Part shown: positions 57,276 through 64,000 of the stretch, in pieces
Layout of the letters: each line of letters starts with the position of its first letter
Numbering within the stretch: the stretch's first letter is position 1
Origin: Oscillospiraceae bacterium
GTDB taxonomy: Bacteria; Bacillota; Clostridia; Oscillospirales; Acutalibacteraceae
Length of the DNA stretch: 64,000 bases
NCBI GenBank assembly: GCA_902792905.1
Contig: CADBBH010000004.1
Span: 61,908 to 125,907, forward strand
Direction: 5' to 3'
Made by a program: the position numbers and the translations under genes
The notes under the pieces: generated by a model
What the model saw: the letters and a program-made list of their open reading frames with translations, nothing else
The model's database searches: none
Told to the model about the DNA's origin: nothing

Positions 57276-59534
57276 GTGACATTTATGAAAATCAGTTCCA
57301 ACAAACCGCTTCCCGAAAAATTCAGCAAAAAGTATAATGAATTATTTGACAATGAGCAGCCTCTGTTTATTGTCACAGGAGATCTGACTCTTGACGGCGC
57401 CTACGGTGAGAGCGCTCTGTGCTTCACCGCGGACTGCATTTACGCCTTTGATGACAGCTATCCCGAGGGATATGAGAGGGTCATGTATGAGGATGTAAAA
57501 GAAGCGAAGGTCAAGAGAATGTACGGCAACGCGACATTTGACGCGTATTTGAATGACGGCTCAAGGAAAAAGCTCATACGCTTCACTTTCGCCGCCGCCA
57601 ATGTTGCCGACGCGGGCGCGGATTTCATAAACGGAATTCTCGACGGCGCTGACCCTGCCGAGCTGCTTGACGCCGTTGAAGGATCATTTTTGAAGCAGCG
57701 CTCATTCTGCCCCAAATGCGGAAGAAAGCTCCCCTCTCCCGACGCTGAATGTATTAACTGCAAGGGCAAGGGAAGGATGATCACCAAATTCGCATCTTAT
57801 GCCGCGCCGTTCAAAAAAGGGCTTATTGTCAGTATGCTTCTCTCGGTTTTCACCACCGGGATGTCGCTCATACCTCCGTATATCACCGGATACATGGTGG
57901 ATAAGGTGCTCCCTTCGCGCGAAATGTCAATGCTGATAAGGATGATCCTTATTCTTCTTGCCGTTTACATCCTTCAATACACCGTATCGGCTTTCAGATC
58001 TTATATTCTGAGAATTACGGGCGACAAGATCATTATCGGGATGAAAAAGGATATTTACGCCAAGGCGCAATATCTGCCGATGAGCTTCTATGACAAGACT
58101 TCAACAGGCTCTGTTATAAACAGGGTGAATTCAGACACCTCCGTGATTCAGAATTTTGTTCTCAGGATCACGCAGGACGCCGTGGTGCAGTTTTTTACGC
58201 TGGTCGGCATACTGATAATAATGATATGCCTTAACTGGAAGCTGACTTTATTTTCTCTGCTTCCGATTCCGTTGGTTGTTATCATAGGCAGATTCTTCGG
58301 GAAAAAGATAGGCCCGAGATATATGCGGCTTTGGAGAAGAGGCTCTGCGATAAACACCCTGCTGACGGATACGATACCCGGAATAAGAGTCATCAAGGCA
58401 TTTACAAATGAAAAATCAGCCGTTGACAAATATGACGCATACAATGACGAGTGGCTTAGGGAGGATAATCAGGTCGCGAAGATCTCAAGCATATTCCCCG
58501 CATTCATGACCTTCCTTGTCACTTGCGGCTCGCTTATAATCTGGTTTTCGGGAGGCTCCTTTGTGATTTCCGGCGCCAAAGGCTTCTCGACGGGTCTGCT
58601 TGTCAGCTTTGTTTCTTACGCGAGCATGTTTTACAATCCCGTAAACTTCTTTGCGAATTTCTCAGATACATATCAGAATACTCTCGCTTCCGCCGAGAAA
58701 ATTCTCGATATACTTGACGCAGAGCCCGAGCACAATTTCGGCAAAGGAAATATTCCCGACAGGATCAAGGGAAAAATCGAATTCAAAAATGTCAATTTCT
58801 CATTTGACCGCTCAAAAAAGGTGCTCAGCAACATAAATCTCACCATAGAGCAGGGAGATATAGTGGGGATCGTCGGAACGACGGGCTCCGGAAAATCAAC
58901 ACTTATCAATCTGCTTATGAGATATTATGACGAATACGAGGGCGATATTTTTATAGACGGCAAAAACATAAAGGATATCGACATCGGCTATTACAGGAAT
59001 CAGATAGGCTTCGTTCAGCAGGAGCCGCTGATGTTCAGAGACACCGTATTCAACAATATTGCCTACGGCAGCAGCAACCCCCATGTTGAGCAGATACTCG
59101 CCGCCGCGGATATAGCCAACGCGCACGGCTTCATATCAAGGCTTCCCGACGGATATGATACGCTTGTGGGCGAGCGCGGAATAGGCCTTTCGGGCGGAGA
59201 AAAGCAGAGGCTCTCCATCGCAAGAGCGGTTATGAAAAACCCCTCGATCCTGATATTTGACGAAGCGACCGCCGCGGTGGATTCCGAGACGGAGCATCTT
59301 ATCCAGGAGGCTATAGAGAGGCTTATACGCGGCAGGACCACGCTTATGATAGCCCACAGGCTTTCCACCCTGCGCAATGCCAATAAGATAGTGGTCGTGG
59401 ATAAGGGAGAGATCATAGAATGCGGAACTCCCGATGAGCTCATGGCTTTGAAGGGCAAATATTACAAGCTTATTCAGATCCAGTCCATGGGAGAGCAGCT
59501 TCGCAGGAAAAAGGAAGAAGAGAATTTTGAATGA
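57276..59534 (+). CDS. ABC exporter (permease + ATPase) with N-terminal extension and Zn ribbon
   Basis: CPKC..CINC; about 6 TM segments; GTTGSGKS, LSGGEKQR, FDEAT, IAHRLST. Confidence 0.92.
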   Translation: MTFMKISSNKPLPEKFSKKYNELFDNEQPLFIVTGDLTLDGAYGESALCFTADCIYAFDDSYPEGYERVMYEDVKEAKVKRMYGNATFDAYLNDGSRKKLIRFTFAAANVADAGADFINGILDGADPAELLDAVEGSFLKQRSFCPKCGRKLPSPDAECINCKGKGRMITKFASYAAPFKKGLIVSMLLSVFTTGMSLIPPYITGYMVDKVLPSREMSMLIRMILILLAVYILQYTVSAFRSYILRITGDKIIIGMKKDIYAKAQYLPMSFYDKTSTGSVINRVNSDTSVIQNFVLRITQDAVVQFFTLVGILIIMICLNWKLTLFSLLPIPLVVIIGRFFGKKIGPRYMRLWRRGSAINTLLTDTIPGIRVIKAFTNEKSAVDKYDAYNDEWLREDNQVAKISSIFPAFMTFLVTCGSLIIWFSGGSFVISGAKGFSTGLLVSFVSYASMFYNPVNFFANFSDTYQNTLASAEKILDILDAEPEHNFGKGNIPDRIKGKIEFKNVNFSFDRSKKVLSNINLTIEQGDIVGIVGTTGSGKSTLINLLMRYYDEYEGDIFIDGKNIKDIDIGYYRNQIGFVQQEPLMFRDTVFNNIAYGSSNPHVEQILAAADIANAHGFISRLPDGYDTLVGERGIGLSGGEKQRLSIARAVMKNPSILIFDEATAAVDSETEHLIQEAIERLIRGRTTLMIAHRLSTLRNANKIVVVDKGEIIECGTPDELMALKGKYYKLIQIQSMGEQLRRKKEEENFE

Positions 59535-59549
59535 GGAGCGTGAATCAAA

Positions 59550-60038
59550 ATGATAACATACATTGACGGACCGGAAGTAAAAATAACCGAAAATGACGGT
59601 ATCTTTGTGGATGTTGAATTTTTCCATTCAAAAGAAAAATTGACGGGTCTTGAGCCGCGAAGGCTCTTTCCGAGATCGGGAATAGACAGATATGTGGCGC
59701 TTCTGGACGGCGAAGGCAACCAGGTGGCGGTGATAAGAAAAATGGAAAATCTTCCCGAAGAATCCAGAAACGCTCTTACCAAGGCCCTTGATGAATATTA
59801 TATGATCCCGAAAATACTCAGATTTATCAAAATGACGGAAAAATTTAAAATCTGGATGTGGACAGCCGAGACAGACAGAGGTATAATAACCTTTGAGATA
59901 AGAAACCACATAGCGTCGGTTAAACCTCTGTATGACGGAAGGGTGCTTATCAGAGACGCGAACGATAACAGATACGAAATCCCCGATTACAGAAAGCTCG
60001 ACAAAAAGAGCAAAGCAATGCTGATGCCGAAACTTTGA
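59550..60038 (+). CDS. DUF1854-like protein
   Basis: PRRLFP, YY..PKI, W..ETDRG, D...NRYEIPD; usual partner of this ABC subfamily. Confidence 0.8.
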   Translation: MITYIDGPEVKITENDGIFVDVEFFHSKEKLTGLEPRRLFPRSGIDRYVALLDGEGNQVAVIRKMENLPEESRNALTKALDEYYMIPKILRFIKMTEKFKIWMWTAETDRGIITFEIRNHIASVKPLYDGRVLIRDANDNRYEIPDYRKLDKKSKAMLMPKL

Positions 60039-60054
60039 GAAGGAGACCTGATAA

Positions 60055-60381
60055 ATGAAACTGATTATTGCAATAGTGAATAATGACGACAGCGCCGTGG
60101 TAGCCTCAGCGCTCACAAAGGAGAATTTCACGGTAACGAAGCTTTCGACTACGGGCGGTTTCCTTATGGTGGGCAACACTACGCTTCTCATAGGCACCGA
60201 GGATGAAAGGGTAGATACAGCCAAGCAGATAGTGGCCAAATATTCGAGGACGAGGACCCACGAGGCGGTAACGACCGAATCCTTCGGAAGAGGCTTTGCC
60301 GAGGGCGCGCTCGCAAACGATGTTTCCGTAGGCGGAGCGACGGTATTTGTTCTTTCGGTTGACTCAATGGAAAAATATTGA
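60055..60381 (+). CDS. darA: c-di-AMP receptor DarA/PstA (PII-like)
   Basis: MKLIIAIV..D, TKLSTTGGFL..GNTTLLIG, VGGATVFV. Confidence 0.92.
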   Translation: MKLIIAIVNNDDSAVVASALTKENFTVTKLSTTGGFLMVGNTTLLIGTEDERVDTAKQIVAKYSRTRTHEAVTTESFGRGFAEGALANDVSVGGATVFVLSVDSMEKY

Positions 60382-60495
60382 CAGAAACGATTTAATAAAT
60401 CGCAGTTGAAATTCCGGTGCTTTTATTGCGCCGGAATTCTTTATTGACAGGATTTTTTATATAATAACCTTTCAATTCTTTACTCCATTTATGAT

Positions 60496-60753
60496 ATGTG
60501 TATATCAAAGCCGAAAAGAATAATGGGAGACTCGGAGTATTCTCAAGCAGAAAGACAAGCCTTCTTATCTGAGGATCAAACAGTTTCCAATTTCGTCAAG
60601 CCGTTTGGAGATGGCTTAATAATGATATGTGATAACGAAGAAGTATGGCGTCCGGTAAACTCCAGAGACCTGATAATTCAGTTGGCAAAAAATAGGCTGG
60701 ATAAACAGTTAGACAGATTAATTGAGCATATAAACAGCAGACAAGCTGAATAA
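60496..60753 (+). CDS. Hypothetical protein
   Basis: 85-aa ORF followed by a hairpin terminator at about 60768-60800. Confidence 0.45.
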   Translation: MCISKPKRIMGDSEYSQAERQAFLSEDQTVSNFVKPFGDGLIMICDNEEVWRPVNSRDLIIQLAKNRLDKQLDRLIEHINSRQAE

Positions 60754-61130
60754 TTGTATAATGTAAAAAGGCAGCGGTTCTCATTTGAGGGCCGCTGCTT
60801 ACATTCTTTGTAGTAATAACTGTATTTTTTGAAGAAAACCATATCATTTTGCTGGTTTAACGTTACAAAAAATTAAAAATATTAAATAATTGCCACGTTA
60901 ACTTGGTTTTTTGAATAGTGTAAAAATAGTGAAATTTTAGTAAAAAGTATCTGCCTTTACGATAAAGTATTTTTTTAGGAGTGGCTGTTTTGGGTAAATA
61001 TTCATCGATACCGTATCGGGGTTTTTGTACCGTTTTCCACTCAGTTTTTTTGAAATTATCATTTCATCATCAGGGTAATTTCCATCGGATGAAGGTACAT
61101 TTTTTAAATTAAAAGCTCATTGATTTATCA

Positions 61131-61316
61131 ATGTTGGTTAAGAACATTTTTAATGATGGAGAACTGTCTCCGGAAAGCAATGTGCAAAAAATGCACATTG
61201 CTAATTCGGATAAACCAGTAGATTTTTATAGCCTTGATATGATTATTTCCGTTGGTTACCGTGTGAAGTCTCAGCGCGGTATTCAGTTCAGAATCTGGGC
61301 GGCAAACATAAAATAA
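61131..61316 (+). pseudogene. rhuM: Internal fragment of a RhuM-family protein
   Basis: KNIFNDGEL..SNVQKMH..DKPV.FYSLDMIISVGYRVKSQRG.QFR.WA, then a stop. Confidence 0.8.
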
Positions 61317-61443
61317 TAGCAAAAAAGACCACAGGAAGTGAAACCTGTGGCCTTCTTTGCACTCAAGGATTATACCTTCAGCTAAGCCGATACCTGAAAG
61401 CAGACTCCCCACCGTGATTGGTGGGGAGCTGTTAAGAAATCAA

Positions 61444-61899
61444 TTAGCCTTCGATAGCGATGTACTTCTTTTCAGGAAGCTGCGGTTTTGCTTCCTTCTT
61501 CGGAATCTGCAGCGTCAGAACACCGTGCTCCAGCTTGGCCTTGATATCCTCTTCCGTGATTTCCTCGCCGACATAGAAACTGCGGCTCATGCTGCCGGCA
61601 TAGCGCTCCTGGCGGATGATCTTACCGGACTTCTTGTCCTTCTCATCCTTGTCAAGGCCTTTCGCCGCCGTGATGTTCAGATACCCGTTCTCCAGGCTGA
61701 GCTGAATTTCATCCTTGTGGAAGCCGGGAAGCTCAATATCAACTTCATAGCTGTCATCGTGCTCCCGCACATCCGTCTTCATCAGCTTTTTGGCATTGTG
61801 ACCGTAAAGCGGTTTCTCCATCCGGGCAAATTCACGATCCATGTCATCGAACCAATGATCCATCAAATCCTCACCAAAAATACTAGGCATGTACAACAT
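61444..61899 (-). CDS. Hsp20/alpha-crystallin small heat shock protein
   Basis: MKTDVRE, ELPGF.KDEI, RQERYAGSMSRSF, AKLEHGVLTL.IPK, IAIE. Confidence 0.95.
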   Translation of the reverse strand: MLYMPSIFGEDLMDHWFDDMDREFARMEKPLYGHNAKKLMKTDVREHDDSYEVDIELPGFHKDEIQLSLENGYLNITAAKGLDKDEKDKKSGKIIRQERYAGSMSRSFYVGEEITEEDIKAKLEHGVLTLQIPKKEAKPQLPEKKYIAIEG

Positions 61900-62023
61900 A
61901 AGTCAAACCTCCTTTTATTTTCGGTCCTGGATGCTGTTCAGGGCTGTTGCTGTGATATATGCCGCAAGGGAGATGAGGAAACCCGGAACCTTAGTTCCGG
62001 ATCTTTTTCCCTCTTGCAATTAT

Positions 62024-62065
62024 GTTATACCACCTTTTTTAGCACTTGTCAAGTGAGAGTGCTAA
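62024..62065 (-). promoter_or_regulatory. CIRCE (HrcA operator) overlapping the sigmaA -35 of hsp20
   Basis: TTAGCACTC-N9-AAGTGCTAA (62039-62065, one mismatch to consensus); TTGACA-N17-TATAAC. Confidence 0.9.
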
Positions 62066-62077
62066 TTTTTTTGTGAA

Positions 62078-62315
62078 TTATTTGTTAACACCAATACAGT
62101 TATTCTGTTCTCTGAGTAGCTGTGTAAACTCATATCCGTTCATCCGCGGCATCATTATATCTACCACCGCGAGATCTATGTAATTCCTGTCCATAACTTC
62201 GAGTGCTTTTATCCCGTCTTCCGCGGGGAAAATATTGTAACCTGCCTCTGTCAAAACCGCGGTCAACAGTCGGCGGATGTTATTATCATCATCAACGACA
62301 AGTATATTTAAACAT
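62078..62315 (-). pseudogene. Frameshifted and truncated response regulator receiver domain
   Basis: ATG at 62315 is out of frame with ILVVDDDNNIRRLL..DIMMPRMNG; the frame ends before the conserved Thr/Lys. Confidence 0.85.
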
Positions 62316-62394
62316 TTTACGGTCTCCTGTTACCTGTTAATCATTATTATCGGATAAATATAAAAAATATAAAGTAATGTGCAGCAAACAGATA

Positions 62395-63366
62395 TTAGAT
62401 TTCAAGGTAAGTTTTTATTTCATCAAGCTGAGCCTGACAATCGTTATAGCCAAGCCAATATAGTTCACCGAGTTTTTCAAGGTCCCTCTCAATCATAATA
62501 ATTCCAGGCTTTCTCGATGGGCAAAACTGTTTAAGTTGACCGTCGGACTGTAATTTTTCAATCTCATCACACTGCCGGTTGTAGTTTATATCGCTGTTGG
62601 CAATCTTTTCAGCAAATTCAGGGTATCTGCCGTAAACTTTGAGTGATCCCTGAATGCGTCTGCTCGGATTCCTGAAAGACTTTTCCCGTGTTCTTATGAC
62701 CATAATTTTGCGATATCCCTGCTCAATTGCCCATTCATAGGGAATTTTACATGAACAGCCGCCGTCAAAATACGGAACTCCGTCAATTATATATGCCGGC
62801 GAAACAAACGGCAAAGTGGCAGAGGCGCGTATGCCCGCGATTACATCGTCACACACGCCTTTTTCAAAATATGCCGTTTCTCCGTTAAGAGCGTTTGTCG
62901 CTACTGCCACAAATCTCTGCTCAGGTCTGTAAAACCTTATAGTATCAAGAGTTTCGTGGATTATTCCTCTGTCCTCGGTAAGAAAGCCCACATCAAGCAG
63001 GCTGCGGCTGTTTTCCAACGCTTTTTTACCTATGTATCTGCTGTCGGCACGATAGTTAAGGTTTATTCTTGCCGATCTTCCGATTTGTCCCGAAACATAA
63101 TTTGCCCCGCCCAGTGCGCCGGCAGACACACCAATAACACACGAAAGATTTATATCGGCAAGCATCAAAGCATCAAGAAAGCCCTGAGTGTACAGTCCCC
63201 TGAAAGCTCCGCCTTCAAGTACAAGACAGCCTTCGGTCAGCTTATCCGAAGCCCGGCCGGAAGGTATTTTGCTGATACCGGAATAGGATTTTTCAAAAAG
63301 ATTCTTACTGTCTTCCAATATCTTTTTCCTAGCCTTAATTATATTCTTAACATTATCTCTGTCCAT
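62395..63366 (-). CDS. Patatin-family protein
   Basis: LEGGAFRG, GVSAG, DGG. Confidence 0.92.
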   Translation of the reverse strand: MDRDNVKNIIKARKKILEDSKNLFEKSYSGISKIPSGRASDKLTEGCLVLEGGAFRGLYTQGFLDALMLADINLSCVIGVSAGALGGANYVSGQIGRSARINLNYRADSRYIGKKALENSRSLLDVGFLTEDRGIIHETLDTIRFYRPEQRFVAVATNALNGETAYFEKGVCDDVIAGIRASATLPFVSPAYIIDGVPYFDGGCSCKIPYEWAIEQGYRKIMVIRTREKSFRNPSRRIQGSLKVYGRYPEFAEKIANSDINYNRQCDEIEKLQSDGQLKQFCPSRKPGIIMIERDLEKLGELYWLGYNDCQAQLDEIKTYLEI

Positions 63367-63505
63367 AAGCTGCCTCTTGAATTAATTTGATGAAGATGTT
63401 ACTCGAGTGAAGAAAATATTATATCACACGCGCGCGAGATTTTTCAATAAAATTATAAAAGTCAGGCGGCAATCCGTGAGAATTGCCGCCGCAGATTTAT
63501 GAGAC

Positions 63506-63877
63506 TTACTGCATTTTGTGTGCTACAAAATTCTGAATGGCGATTACATCCTTACCGTTTCTGAAGCTGTAACCCATTGCCGTGCCGCCTGTGGTCCTCA
63601 GTATCAGGTCGGTGTCGATATCGAGATATCCGCTTGTCTCAATAGTCATCTCACTGATGTGAGTGTAGGGAATAGTGGTGAGAACCTTCTGTTTTCCGGT
63701 AATACCCTGAACATCAATCGATACGATTCTGATATCGGTAAAGATAATCAGATCGCGGATTCCTTTGTAACAGCCGATTATCTGCTCATTCTGAAAAAGA
63801 GGAGCAAATTCCTTGGGCAACTCCGTAGCTGTTACGGGTATGCTTTTAACTCTGTCCTTTAAAATTCCTGCTGCCAT
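63506..63877 (-). CDS. Bacterial PH-domain protein (bPH_1)
   Basis: IRD..IFTD.R...DVQGITGK..IPY..ETSG.LD.D. Confidence 0.88.
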   Translation of the reverse strand: MAAGILKDRVKSIPVTATELPKEFAPLFQNEQIIGCYKGIRDLIIFTDIRIVSIDVQGITGKQKVLTTIPYTHISEMTIETSGYLDIDTDLILRTTGGTAMGYSFRNGKDVIAIQNFVAHKMQ

Positions 63878-64000
63878 AAATTATTCCTCCTGAAATTTGA
63901 TTTGAAATAATTATATAACAGTAATATGTGCCGTTCAATAAAAAACTTCTAAGTCGGCTTTTGCTGTCCGTATTTTCACTCAACAAATGTTATTTTTGAC

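Noticed and set aside
60800-61130. Coding remnant in the AT-rich tract
   Set aside because: Only short interrupted frames with no recognisable motif
61357-62076. 239-aa plus-strand ORF
   Set aside because: Antisense shadow of hsp20, which has a clear family signature and a CIRCE promoter
1-64000. CRISPR array, IS element or prophage
   Set aside because: No regularly spaced repeats, transposase, integrase or phage structural genes were recognised

Overview
Chromosomal window from an anaerobic Firmicute (Clostridia; gene content and order suggest Oscillospirales/Ruminococcaceae-like, which is inference). 1-22 kb is core plus accessory metabolism: ackA 3' end, two GNATs, tRNA-Gly(GCC), a dgt-[CHAP-like]-dnaG-rpoD operon (dnaG appears to start at ACG), topB-oppA-GH5-like, GH32, an EEP protein, DUF4038, and a flavodoxin/DUF4405/CMD-cupin module. 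22.4-37.2 kb is a five-gene surface-protein operon: an anchored beta-helix protein, a 1642-aa secreted protein with MABP-like beta-prism repeats and a long hydrophobic stretch, and three anchored paralogs with unrelated loops between two hydrophobic segments. 37.4-56.25 kb is an 18.5-kb island with no integrase, bounded by ~380-bp degenerate direct repeats that each hold the 3' half of tRNA-Ala(GGC). It encodes an AOR-family tungstoenzyme, a ferredoxin, a Moco/Wco riboswitch-led tupABC-moeA-moeA-moaC-moaA-MOSC operon, and an uncharacterised FecCD-type ABC/TiaS-like/Cys-rich/Gly-motif Ig-protein module. 56.3-64 kb holds mobile-element debris, ABC-DUF1854-darA, a CIRCE-controlled hsp20 between pseudogenes, patatin and a bPH protein. 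No database searches were run; family calls come from motif recognition by eye.
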